Shown: positions 1-9,057 of the stretch, piece by piece
How the letters are laid out: each line of letters begins with the position of its first letter
Position numbering within the stretch: the first letter of the stretch is position 1
IMG/VR virus record: IMGVR_UViG_2974766419_000001
Location: 8,659 to 72,658 of that record
Source of the DNA: a virus
Taxonomy: Duplodnaviria; Caudoviricetes
Length of the DNA stretch: 64,000 nucleotides
Reading direction: 5' to 3' (one strand)
Position numbers and translations under genes: made by a program
The notes under the pieces: generated by a model
What the model was told of the DNA's origin: nothing
Database searches by the model: none
The model's input: only the letters and a program-made list of their open reading frames with translations

Positions 1-2040
1 CGGCTCGATGATCCGGTGTCGGGCCTGCGCTTGTTTCGGGTGCCGCCCGGCACGCTGCTGGAAACGATCATCGTGTTCCGTGAGCTGTCCATCGGCGACA
101 TCGAGGTCATCCAGCCGCACCATCGGTACGCGGTGTGCTGGCCGTCGATTCACCCCGAGGGCCGCGCGTACTGGTGGCGCAACTCGCAGGGCCAGACCAT
201 CGGCATCCCCGAGCTCGACGACATACCGGAGCTGCCGCCGTCGTGGCTTGAGGGCTTGAAGCTCACGCCGCGGTCGCTGGACCTCAGCATGGAGGGGTTC
301 GATGTGCGGCAGGCGGTCACCGTGGGTGACCCGTCGCCGCTGGTGTCGGCCCGTCTGACGATGGCGATCAAGGAGCTGAATCTGCCGGGCACGTCCCGGC
401 ACGACACCTGCCTGCGGCATGTGCTGGCGATCCTGCGGATGGGCGCCGAGGGTCAGCCGGGTGTGGAGCAGGCGTTGACGCTGCTGCGCGAGGTGTTCGT
501 CGCGGTCGTCACCCTGGACGGGTCGCGCACCCGCGACGTTGCGGTCACCGAGTTCAACCGCATGGTGACCAACAACAACGTTGCGCGCGAGCTGTCGCAG
601 CCGGGCATCGTGGACTGGTTCAAGCAGATCATGGGGGGTGTTCAGATTCCGAACACCCCCGACGACGATGGGGGCGACCCCGACGCCAAGGAGGCCAGCG
701 CGGATTGGGCCAGCGCCGGGGCCGCCGAAACCCCGCGTGATGCGTCAACAGCTGCAGGGCCACCCGAGCCTAACAGCGGCGGCGAGCTTGAGGCATTGGA
801 GCAGGACTTCTGGACGGCGCGGCCGCAGCACGAGCTGATCTTCAACGCGGCGCTGAGCCGGATGGCGTCGCCGTGGGCGGTGTTCGCTTGCGTTGTCGCC
901 CGCGCGTTGTCGCTGGTGCCGCCGAGCATCACGCTGCCCGCGATTGTCGGCGGCGTCGGGTCGCTCAACTGGTTCGCGGTGATCGCGGCGAAGTCGGGCG
1001 GCGGCAAGGGTGCGGCGATGGCCACGGCGCGCGACCTGATCCCCAACGACGTGTTCTCCTGCCCTATCGGTTCGGGCGAGGGCATGGTGGAGTGCTACAA
1101 CCGGGCCACCCCGAAGGGCGACGCCACCCCTGATCCGGTCATCTCGGTGATGTTCGAGGTGGAGGAAATCGACACGCTGGGCGCGGTGACCGGCCGTGCC
1201 GGGCAGACCACCATGACGGTGTTGCGGCACGGGTTCTCCGGTGAGCGGCTGGGGTTCGCCTACCGCGGCCGCCGCGGCGAGGTGGTCCCGGCGCACACCT
1301 ACCGCATGACGCTGATCGCGTCGGTGCAGCCGTCACGGGCCGGCACACTGCTGGACGACTCGGGCGGCGGCACCCCGCAGCGGTTCATGTGGTTCCCGGG
1401 CCGTGACAAACGGATCACCGAGGATGTGCCGGGCTGGCCGACCGACGCCGTGGGCGAGATGCTCACCCTGTCGCCGATGCTCACGCCGAGCTGGGTGCTG
1501 GCCAACAACTTGGGGCCGTGCGTGGTGCCCGAGGAGGCGGTCACCGAGATTCGCCGGGCGCGGGTGCAGTCGATGAGCGGCGACGAGAACGCGCTCGACG
1601 GGCACGCCCTGTTCTGCCGGGAGAAGCTGGCGTACGCGTTGGCGTTCCTCGATGGCCGGGTCGAGGTCAACTCGGAGGACTGGCGGCTGGCCGGTCTGGC
1701 CGCCGGGGTGTCGGATTGGATGCGGGAGAAGTCCATCGAGGCCTATCAGTCCTCGAAGGTCGATGAGTACCGCGAGCGGGGCCAGCTCAAGGGCATCGAG
1801 GCGGCGTCGGCTGAGATGGGCAAGGCGCAGGAGCAGACCGACCGTGCGCAGCGCGTCGCCAACAGTGTGCTCGACAAGATCCGCAAGGCTGGGCCGGAGG
1901 GCATTAGCAATCGGGAGCTGACACAGCGGGTGGCCTATCGGGACCGCGGCATGTTGCCGGGTGTGCTGGAGTGGGCGGTCGGTCAGGGCATGATCGCGCA
2001 GATATCGGGAACGACGAATTGGGTGGTGACGGATGCTTAG
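1..2040 (+). CDS. DNA primase-polymerase/helicase (5' partial)
   Basis: Frame is open from base 1. Prim-pol-like YAVCWPSIHPEGRAYWW near the N-terminus, P-loop-like AKSGGGKG and EEIDTL in a helicase-like C-terminal half. Confidence 0.75.
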   Translation, partial: RLDDPVSGLRLFRVPPGTLLETIIVFRELSIGDIEVIQPHHRYAVCWPSIHPEGRAYWWRNSQGQTIGIPELDDIPELPPSWLEGLKLTPRSLDLSMEGFDVRQAVTVGDPSPLVSARLTMAIKELNLPGTSRHDTCLRHVLAILRMGAEGQPGVEQALTLLREVFVAVVTLDGSRTRDVAVTEFNRMVTNNNVARELSQPGIVDWFKQIMGGVQIPNTPDDDGGDPDAKEASADWASAGAAETPRDASTAAGPPEPNSGGELEALEQDFWTARPQHELIFNAALSRMASPWAVFACVVARALSLVPPSITLPAIVGGVGSLNWFAVIAAKSGGGKGAAMATARDLIPNDVFSCPIGSGEGMVECYNRATPKGDATPDPVISVMFEVEEIDTLGAVTGRAGQTTMTVLRHGFSGERLGFAYRGRRGEVVPAHTYRMTLIASVQPSRAGTLLDDSGGGTPQRFMWFPGRDKRITEDVPGWPTDAVGEMLTLSPMLTPSWVLANNLGPCVVPEEAVTEIRRARVQSMSGDENALDGHALFCREKLAYALAFLDGRVEVNSEDWRLAGLAAGVSDWMREKSIEAYQSSKVDEYRERGQLKGIEAASAEMGKAQEQTDRAQRVANSVLDKIRKAGPEGISNRELTQRVAYRDRGMLPGVLEWAVGQGMIAQISGTTNWVVTDA
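639..655. repeat. 17-bp palindrome, variant
   Basis: TGTTCAG-ATT-CCGAACA, inside primase CDS. Confidence 0.8.
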
Positions 2041-2245
2041 GCGGATCACGACGTGCATCGTCACGACGTGCCACAGTTCCATCTTCGGGACGACGTATCA
2101 GCCCATCGAGTTCGAGGGTGAGGGGCTGGATCGTCGCGTCGTGTGGCGGGGCGCGCACTACCAGTCGGAGCCGCGCGCACGGGAGGCTGCCATGGAGCAT
2201 TGGCAGCGCGTGCGCGGAGTGTTCAGGCCAGGAGTGAAGAAGTGA
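2033..2245 (+). CDS. hypothetical protein
   Basis: 70-aa ORF overlapping the upstream stop. Confidence 0.6.
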   Translation: MLRRITTCIVTTCHSSIFGTTYQPIEFEGEGLDRRVVWRGAHYQSEPRAREAAMEHWQRVRGVFRPGVKK

Positions 2246-2436
2246 GCCCAGAGCTACGTGCTGTACTCACAGAAGCCCTCGGCCGGTCGTACTACCGGAT
2301 CGTTGGTAGCTCGTCGGATTGTCGAGTTGATCCGGGCGAGATCCTTGCTGACGCCATCCTGTCTCTTCCGGGTGTGGCGGTAATCCAACTACCCAAACCC
2401 GACGAGCGTGTTGCTTATCAGGGGTTGATTCGATGA
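2242..2436 (+). pseudogene. hypothetical gene truncated by MPME insertion
   Basis: GTG start overlaps the previous stop. The last codons (YQGLIR*) come from the MPME left end beginning at 2415. Confidence 0.55.
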
Positions 2437-2780
2437 TCGTCGCCGTTTCTCCAGGTAGGCAGCCGATCTGACAGCGCACACATGTTTCCGATTACCGACA
2501 CTCGTAGGGAGATGACGACTATGCCGACCACAGAGCATGGATCAGACGTCCAGCACTTGAGCCCTGAACACCGCGATCGTGCTTGGCGCGATAGGTTCAA
2601 CGCCCGGTGGCACTATGACTACGGCGGGTGGATTCGTACCAGGCCGCAGGATGAGGCGTCGACCTTCGCTTTGATCCCAACCAAACACTACGGACCGTTC
2701 ACTGAGGATCACTCGTGTCCTGCCTGCCTGGTGGTACACCCACCTGAGGATTGCCCCGTCCTAAGTGGAAACACCGACAT
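2415..2780 (+). mobile_element. truncated mycobacteriophage mobile element (MPME1-like)
   Basis: Left inverted repeat TTATCAGGGGT at 2415-2425, followed by ORF MFPITDTRREMTTMPTTEHGSDVQHLSPEHRDRAW... matching my recollection of the MPME protein. No right IR seen. Right boundary approximate. Confidence 0.8.
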
Positions 2781-2856
2781 CTTCGGTACCACAAGTTCCG
2801 GCCCAACCATCTTCGACAGCTTCGATTCAGGGCCAGGAGGAGTGTTCAGGCCCTGA
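2482..2856 (+). CDS. MPME protein with foreign C-terminus
   Basis: 124-aa ORF, MPME-like to about SGNTD, then an unrelated tail. Confidence 0.7.
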   Translation: MFPITDTRREMTTMPTTEHGSDVQHLSPEHRDRAWRDRFNARWHYDYGGWIRTRPQDEASTFALIPTKHYGPFTEDHSCPACLVVHPPEDCPVLSGNTDIFGTTSSGPTIFDSFDSGPGGVFRP

Positions 2857-3156
2857 CTATGAGGCGGTGGTGACCACTCGCCGGAGGCTGGCGCGAATCG
2901 AGCGCCGGGTTTCGGCGGTGGCCGCCGCTGTGCCTTTCCACGGGATCCACACCCCGGCGTAGAAACCGCCGGTCACCCCTTTGAGTGCGTGCATGGCGCA
3001 CCGGGTGAGCACAGGGCATTCGGCGCAGACGGCGCTCATGCGTCGGCGCTGCGCTGCGCTGGGCATCGTGTCGGCTGTCCACGGCAGGTCGCGGCGAGCC
3101 GCGCAGGCCGCACCATGCCACTCGTTTGTCGCGGGCACACACGCAGCGTAGAACAT
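2857..3156 (-). CDS. WhiB-like transcription factor
   Basis: Four Cys in a WhiB-type arrangement (C...CAECPVLTRC), followed by GGFYAGVW at the G-V-W-G-G turn position and a basic tail. Confidence 0.65.
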   Translation of the reverse strand: MFYAACVPATNEWHGAACAARRDLPWTADTMPSAAQRRRMSAVCAECPVLTRCAMHALKGVTGGFYAGVWIPWKGTAAATAETRRSIRASLRRVVTTAS

Positions 3157-3163
3157 AGGGTCG

Positions 3164-3193
3164 TTGACTTTATGTATGACGCGACACTAATTT
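3164..3193 (+). promoter_or_regulatory. SigA-like promoter
   Basis: TTGACT-18 bp-TAATTT, ending 7 bp before ATG 3201. Confidence 0.55.
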
Positions 3194-3200
3194 CGATGGA

Positions 3201-3635
3201 ATGGCGAACAAAAAAATCGCTGACCTCATCGCAAATGGACTGCGGCAGGGTCTGGTGCATCCCGGCAAGGACGGCGGGCCGCCCACCCCAGTGGTGATCC
3301 CGATGTTCCGCACCGAGGGGATGCCCAATGAGATGGCCGAGTTGGTGGGCGCGACCGCCGACCTGCTCGGCGAGGCGATTGTCGAGCTCATCGAGACCGA
3401 GGGTGACAGCCAGATCGTTTCCAACACCGAGGTCATCGCCAACCGTGTTGCCAACGACGACGACGCAGCGCGGCGTCAGGTCACGGTGCACTGCCAGTGC
3501 GACGTTCGCCGCACCAACCCGCTGGCCGTGCTCACTGTCACCCGCAGCCCGTATGTGGTGGTCGACGGCAAGCAGCTGATCGACGGCCTGGCCAAGCGCA
3601 CCGCCGAGTGCCCTCACGGATGGAAGACGTCATGA
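3201..3635 (+). CDS. hypothetical protein
   Basis: 144-aa ORF directly after the promoter. Confidence 0.75.
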   Translation: MANKKIADLIANGLRQGLVHPGKDGGPPTPVVIPMFRTEGMPNEMAELVGATADLLGEAIVELIETEGDSQIVSNTEVIANRVANDDDAARRQVTVHCQCDVRRTNPLAVLTVTRSPYVVVDGKQLIDGLAKRTAECPHGWKTS

Positions 3636-3868
3636 GTCACCTACACCTGATTGTTGACCGCGAGACAGCGTTCGAGGGCAACCTCAACCTGTGGCAGGCC
3701 ACGCCGCCGGACTACTTCAAGGACAAGCTGCGCGAAGACGTCAACCCTGAGCAGTGGCTCAAGTGCGTGATGATCGTGATGGCCGAAGCCGCCGCGACCG
3801 GGGAGAATGTGAAGATCATTGTCACGACCGGCCGGGACTGGCAGATGGAGGTGAGGCGCTATGAGTAG
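3632..3868 (+). CDS. hypothetical protein
   Basis: ATGA-coupled start MSHLHLIVDRE. Confidence 0.7.
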   Translation: MSHLHLIVDRETAFEGNLNLWQATPPDYFKDKLREDVNPEQWLKCVMIVMAEAAATGENVKIIVTTGRDWQMEVRRYE

Positions 3869-4133
3869 CGGCATCCGTACGGCGACCGTGTACCGCACCG
3901 AGGCTCGCGCGCTCAAGCCCGAGGTCGACGCGCGAAACTACGGCGAGCCGGATCAGCCGCAGTTCCTGATCGCCGCCTTCCCCGACGGGAAGGTGGCGCA
4001 GCGCTGGCTGATCGGCAGCGGTTCCTGTGTATGGTGGGACGATCTGGCGCACCTGTACTCGGTGCACATCTACCCTCATCCCGACTACGGCACCGAGGTG
4101 CACTGGGATGACGGGCATGTGGAGCGGCTGTGA
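3861..4133 (+). CDS. hypothetical protein
   Basis: 90-aa ORF overlapping neighbours. Confidence 0.7.
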   Translation: MSSGIRTATVYRTEARALKPEVDARNYGEPDQPQFLIAAFPDGKVAQRWLIGSGSCVWWDDLAHLYSVHIYPHPDYGTEVHWDDGHVERL

Positions 4134-4483
4134 CCGCCCGCCGCCGAGCGCCCGGTCAGCTGACCAGTCGACGTTGGCGCGCGCTGAAGGATCGGGTGGT
4201 GCGCGAGGAGCCGCTGTGCACGCTGCGCCTGGAGTGCTGCACCGTGCGGTCCACCACCGCCGACCACATCATCCCGGTGAAGTATCGGCCGGACCTGAAG
4301 TATGTTCGGGCCAACCTGCGCGGCGCGTGCCAGCCGTGCAATATGCGCCGCGGCACGCGGCCGCTGTCGGAGGTGCGGGCCGCAGAGAAGTTCGCCCGCA
4401 AGCCTGAGCCGCCGAAGCCGGTGCACGCGCTGAGCTTCTTCGACACCAACCCACGGATGAGAAACCTGGACTTCGAGACATGA
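4130..4483 (+). CDS. HNH endonuclease (terminase-associated type)
   Basis: ADHIIP...NLRGACQPCNMRRG, located upstream of the terminase genes. Confidence 0.85.
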   Translation: MTARRRAPGQLTSRRWRALKDRVVREEPLCTLRLECCTVRSTTADHIIPVKYRPDLKYVRANLRGACQPCNMRRGTRPLSEVRAAEKFARKPEPPKPVHALSFFDTNPRMRNLDFET

Positions 4484-4974
4484 ACGAAGACGACAAGCCC
4501 ACGCCCATGCAGCGCACCCAAGAGCTACTGAAGGAGCTGCTGGGGAGTATGAACACCCTGTTGCCGCCGCAGCTCTCGCCGCCCAATCCGCTGTTGCCCC
4601 CGCCGAGCGGGGCCGAAGCCGAGGAGCAGGTGGTCAACTTCCAGGGTGAGGTCGTCAGGAGCGATCCTCTCGCTTTCGGCAGCGACCCGATCCCCATGAC
4701 CGGCGTGGGCCTTGCCCGTGGCCAGATGATCGGCTACGGCGGCGTGCCGATGGCCGCGTGGGCTGACGCCAATCCCAGCTTCCCCGGCCCCTACACGATA
4801 GAGGGGATGACGCGCGCCCGGGATGAGATGATGCGCGCCGATGAGATGATGCGTGCATGGCTCACCAGGACGAGGACCGCCGTCGATAGCCCTCCCTTCA
4901 ACATCGTGGGAGGCCGTCGTACCGAACCCGAACCGGAGCAGCCCAAGGGCCGGTTCCAGAACCTGGATTGGTGA
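4480..4974 (+). CDS. hypothetical protein
   Basis: 164-aa coupled ORF. Confidence 0.7.
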   Translation: MNEDDKPTPMQRTQELLKELLGSMNTLLPPQLSPPNPLLPPPSGAEAEEQVVNFQGEVVRSDPLAFGSDPIPMTGVGLARGQMIGYGGVPMAAWADANPSFPGPYTIEGMTRARDEMMRADEMMRAWLTRTRTAVDSPPFNIVGGRRTEPEPEQPKGRFQNLDW

Positions 4975-4975
4975 C

Positions 4976-5275
4976 ATGACTGACGTGAATGAGGGTGTTC
5001 GGAATCCGAACACTCCTGATGGCGAAGAGTCCACCGGCGTTGCCGCCGCTGCAGAGTCTGGCGACGAGCTGCAGCTGCTGTACGCCATCCGCAACAAGCT
5101 CGCCTCGGCCATCGAGGACTGTCCAGTGCGCGACCTGTCGCCGCTGACCCGACGACTCCAGGACACCGTGAAGGAGATTCGGGAGCTGGAGGAACGCCGA
5201 GCCAAGGAACGGAGCAGCAAGGAGGCCAGCAGTGGTGGAGCCAGCGACAAGTGGGACCCTTCCGCAGAGCTCTGA
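4976..5275 (+). CDS. probable terminase small subunit
   Basis: 99-aa helical ORF overlapping the large terminase start. Called from position. Confidence 0.55.
   Translation: MTDVNEGVRNPNTPDGEESTGVAAAAESGDELQLLYAIRNKLASAIEDCPVRDLSPLTRRLQDTVKEIRELEERRAKERSSKEASSGGASDKWDPSAEL
4996..5012. repeat. 17-bp palindrome
   Basis: TGTTCGG-AAT-CCGAACA. Confidence 0.95.
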
Positions 5276-6746
5276 CGACGACGGCGACAGTCCGGTCCTC
5301 GACTTCAACAACCTGACCCCCGAGGACATCGAGCGCCGTCGCAACCGCAAGCTGTCCGAGGTCACCCGACGCCTAGTCATCCCTTCCAACATCGCCGGGT
5401 CGTACTGGCCGCGTGTGCGGCGCACCTGCAACGAGCGACTGGGCCTGTCACTGGACCGCTGGCAGGACGGCATCGCCGGGCTGCTGCTGGCGTACCGCCC
5501 CGACGGCGTGCTGGCCCACACCATCGGCGGGTTCGGCGTCAGCATCCCCCGCCAGTGCGGCAAGACCCACACCCTGACCGCGGTGCTGTTCGGGCTGTGC
5601 GTCGAGTACCCCGGCGTGCTGGCCATCTGGACGAGCCACCACGTGAAGACCAACACCGAGACATTCCAGGCGGTGCAGGCGTACGCCAAGCGCGAGCGGG
5701 TCGCGCCGTTCATCCGCAAGGTCACCCTCGGTTCCGGCGACGAGGCGGTCGAGTTCACCAACGGCAGCCGCATCCTGTTCGGCGCCCGCGAGCGCGGCTT
5801 CGGCCGAGGCATCCCAGGCGTCGACGTGCTGATGTCCGACGAGGCGCAGATTCTCACCCAACGCGCCATGCAGGACATGCTCGCCACCCTGAACACCTCG
5901 CGCCTGGGCCTGCACATCTACGTCGGCACCCCGCCCAAGCCCACCGACAACTCCGAGATGTTCTCGGTGATGCGACGCGAAGCTGAGGCCGGCGAGGCCA
6001 CCGACATCGTGTGGATCGAATGCGGTGCCGAGGACACCGGCGACCTCGACGACATCGAGCAATGGATGAACGCCAACCCGTCGTGCCCGCACCGCACCCC
6101 CGTGGTGTCGATTCAACGCCTGAGACGACGCCTCGATGACGACGGGTTCCGCCGCGAAGCGCTCGGCATCTGGGACGCCAGTGAGTCGTCCAGCTTCGAC
6201 CTGGCCGCCTGGTCCGACCTGGGCGACCGTGGTGTTGACGCGCCGACGCGCGCCGCGCTGGTGCTCGACATGAGCCCCGACCGCCGCCACTGCTGGATCG
6301 GCGTCGCGGGCGACGTCGACACCGACGACGGCGAGAAGGTGCTGCTGATGGCGATGGAAACCACCGCGGCGACCGCCGTCGAGAAGGTGCGCCAGCTGGT
6401 CAATGAACGTGACATCGTTGACGTGGCTATCACCAACGGCGCGGCCCGCGCGCTGGAGCCGGCACTGGTCGAAGCGGCCATCGAGTACCAGCGGCTCAGC
6501 CAAGCCGACGTGGCCGCGGCGTACTCCACATTGCAGGAAGGCATCAAGAACAAGTCGGTCTGCCATCTCGACCAGGCCGAGCTCAACAACGCGATGATGA
6601 TGACCCGTACCCGGTTCATGACCTCCGGCGAATCGGAGGTGTTCGACCGCCGCAACTACAGCGTCAACCTGTCCCCCGCCGTGGCGTGCGCCTCTGCGCT
6701 GTTCAGGTGGGGGCTCATGGCGAAGCCCATGCCCATTCTGCTGTGA
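5232..6746 (+). CDS. terminase large subunit
   Basis: Walker A-like IPRQCGKT, Walker B LMSDEAQ, GTPP motif, nuclease domain with LVLDMSPD. Confidence 0.92.
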   Translation: MVEPATSGTLPQSSDDDGDSPVLDFNNLTPEDIERRRNRKLSEVTRRLVIPSNIAGSYWPRVRRTCNERLGLSLDRWQDGIAGLLLAYRPDGVLAHTIGGFGVSIPRQCGKTHTLTAVLFGLCVEYPGVLAIWTSHHVKTNTETFQAVQAYAKRERVAPFIRKVTLGSGDEAVEFTNGSRILFGARERGFGRGIPGVDVLMSDEAQILTQRAMQDMLATLNTSRLGLHIYVGTPPKPTDNSEMFSVMRREAEAGEATDIVWIECGAEDTGDLDDIEQWMNANPSCPHRTPVVSIQRLRRRLDDDGFRREALGIWDASESSSFDLAAWSDLGDRGVDAPTRAALVLDMSPDRRHCWIGVAGDVDTDDGEKVLLMAMETTAATAVEKVRQLVNERDIVDVAITNGAARALEPALVEAAIEYQRLSQADVAAAYSTLQEGIKNKSVCHLDQAELNNAMMMTRTRFMTSGESEVFDRRNYSVNLSPAVACASALFRWGLMAKPMPILL

Positions 6747-6763
6747 TGCCCTAAGTTGCAGTA

Positions 6764-7246
6764 GTGTGGGGCATCGTGAGCGATTGTATTCTGTGGCCCG
6801 CCTCTCATGTGAGAAAGAGCGGGTACGGATGGGTTATGTACCAGGGCAAAGTCACCTATCCGCATCGCATGGTGATGGGGTTCCCTAATGGACAGGTTGG
6901 GCACATCTGCCATGACGAGGCGGCATTACGCGGTGAGTGCGCTGGCGGTCCCGACTGTCTTCATCGGCGGTGCGTCAACCCAGAGCACCTGCGAGTCATG
7001 ACGGCTGTCGAGAACTCGGAGGCTAGTCCGCACACACGGGTGGCACGGAAGTTCAACACCCACTGTGTTCATGGGCATGAGTTCACACCCGAGAACACAA
7101 TCTGGGAGTCGAAGGGGAACGGCTACCGTGGCCGGAAATGTAGGGAATGCCACTATAAGCGGAATCGGGATGCTCATGCCCGGCGCAAGGCTAACGAGGG
7201 TGTTCAAGAAATGAGCAGCATAGAATCATCCACGGAGGTGGTCTGA
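6764..7246 (+). CDS. HNH homing endonuclease
   Basis: HICHD...CLHRRCVNPEHL plus CVHGHEFTPENT...CRECH. Visibly more AT-rich than its neighbours. Confidence 0.85.
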   Translation: MWGIVSDCILWPASHVRKSGYGWVMYQGKVTYPHRMVMGFPNGQVGHICHDEAALRGECAGGPDCLHRRCVNPEHLRVMTAVENSEASPHTRVARKFNTHCVHGHEFTPENTIWESKGNGYRGRKCRECHYKRNRDAHARRKANEGVQEMSSIESSTEVV

Positions 7247-8476
7247 GTGGGCTTCTGGAGCAACCTGTTCGGTATCCCGAGCATCCCTGATCTGCCGAAC
7301 GACAACGGCCCCATCGACTACAACCCCGGCGACCCTGACATGGTGGAGTTCCGCGGACCCGAGGAGGTGCCCGAGGCCCGCGCGTTGCCGTGGATTCGAC
7401 CGACAGCCTGGTCTGGCTATCCCGAGTCCTGGGCCACCCCGAGTTGGGGCTCGGCGCAGGACAAGCTGCGGACCCTCATCGACGTGGCCTGGGCCTGCAT
7501 CGACCTGAACGCATCGGTGCTGTCGTCCATGCCGATCTACCGGATGCGCAACGGCCGCATCATCGATTCGGTGGCCTGGATGTCCAACCCCGACCCCGAG
7601 GTCTACACCTCGTGGCAGGAGTTCGCCAAGCAGCTGTTCTGGGACTTCCAGCTCGGCGAAGCGTTCGTGCTGCCAATGGCGCACGGCTCCGACGGCTACC
7701 CCATCCGGTTCCGCGTCGTCCCGCCGTGGCTGGTCAACGTCGAGCTGAAGAAGGGCGCGCGCCGCGAATACCGCATCGGCGGCCTGAACGTCACCGACGA
7801 GATCCTGCACATTCGCTACCAGGGCAACACCGCCGACGCGCACGGCCACGGTCCCCTGGAGTCGGCCGCGCCGCGCCAGGTCGTCATTGGCCTGCTTCAG
7901 AAGTACGTGCAGAACCTCGCCGAGACGGGCGGCGTTCCCCTGTACTGGCTCGGCGTCGAACGCAGGCTCAGCGAGACCGAGGCCGTCGACCTGATGGACC
8001 GCTGGATCGAGTCGCGCTCCAAGTACGCCGGGCATCCCGCGCTGGTGACGGGCGGTGCCACGCTCAACCAGGCGAAGTCGATGAGCGCCCAGGACCTCAG
8101 CCTGATGGAGCTGACCCAGTTCAACGAGGCGCGCATTGCCATCCTGCTGGGGGTGCCGCCGTTCCTGGTGGGCCTGCCCGGCGCGACCGGCTCGCTGACC
8201 TACTCGAACATCGAGCAGCTGTTCTCGTTCCATGACCGCTCCAGCCTGCGGCCGAAGGCCACCGCGGTGATGGCGGCGCTCGACCGTTGGGCGCTGCCGT
8301 CGCCTCAGCACCTGGAACTCAACCGCGACGACTACACCCGGCCGTCGCTGGTGGAGCGTGCAACCGCATACAAGATCATGATCGAGGCAGGTGTGATGGA
8401 ACCCAACGAGGCCCGAGCGATGGAACGTCTGCACAGTGAGGCGGCCGCGGTGCGGCTGTCCGGCGGTGGCGTGTGA
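7247..8476 (+). CDS. portal protein
   Basis: HK97-type portal features (WACIDLNAS, GEAF, IAILLGVPPFLVG), position after terminase. Confidence 0.9.
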   Translation: MGFWSNLFGIPSIPDLPNDNGPIDYNPGDPDMVEFRGPEEVPEARALPWIRPTAWSGYPESWATPSWGSAQDKLRTLIDVAWACIDLNASVLSSMPIYRMRNGRIIDSVAWMSNPDPEVYTSWQEFAKQLFWDFQLGEAFVLPMAHGSDGYPIRFRVVPPWLVNVELKKGARREYRIGGLNVTDEILHIRYQGNTADAHGHGPLESAAPRQVVIGLLQKYVQNLAETGGVPLYWLGVERRLSETEAVDLMDRWIESRSKYAGHPALVTGGATLNQAKSMSAQDLSLMELTQFNEARIAILLGVPPFLVGLPGATGSLTYSNIEQLFSFHDRSSLRPKATAVMAALDRWALPSPQHLELNRDDYTRPSLVERATAYKIMIEAGVMEPNEARAMERLHSEAAAVRLSGGGV

Positions 8477-9057
8477 CCACCGTCAGCGAAGACCTGGGCT
8501 ACGCGCTCGGTCCCCGGTTCGTGACCACAGGGGACCACTACGCGCTGCTGCGCTACGTCGCCAGCCTGTGGCCGGAAGGCTTAGCCCTGGAGTTCGGCGT
8601 CGGCAAGGGTGAGTCGACGCGCATCCTCGCCGAGAATATGGCGGTGATCGGCTTCGACTCCTTCGAGGGTCTGCCTGAGGACTGGCGGCCAGAGTTCCCC
8701 AAGGGCTCGTTCCGGTTCGACATGCCTGACATTCCTGAGGTGTCGTTCCACGTCGGCTGGTTCGAGGACACCCTGCCCGAGGCCATGTCAGAGCTGGAGC
8801 GCTGGCCCATCGGCCTGGTCCACATCGACTGCGACCTGTACAGCTCCACCAAGACCGTGCTCGACCACATCGGACATCTGCTCACCCCGGGCGTCTACAT
8901 CGTGTTCGATGAGTGGCACAGCTACGAGGGCTGCGAGCAGCACGAGCAGCGCGCGTGGCGGGAGTTCGCCGAACGCACCGGCATCAGCTGGAGGGTCGTC
9001 GGCCACGGCTTCGAGCAGTGGGCCATCCAGATCACCGAGAGGGAGAGCAATGTCTGA
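8473..9057 (+). CDS. SAM-dependent O-methyltransferase (TylF/MycF-like)
   Basis: LEFGVGKGES, GFDSFEGLPEDW, GWFEDTLP, VHIDCDLYSST, VFDEW. Confidence 0.88.
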   Translation: MTTVSEDLGYALGPRFVTTGDHYALLRYVASLWPEGLALEFGVGKGESTRILAENMAVIGFDSFEGLPEDWRPEFPKGSFRFDMPDIPEVSFHVGWFEDTLPEAMSELERWPIGLVHIDCDLYSSTKTVLDHIGHLLTPGVYIVFDEWHSYEGCEQHEQRAWREFAERTGISWRVVGHGFEQWAIQITERESNV

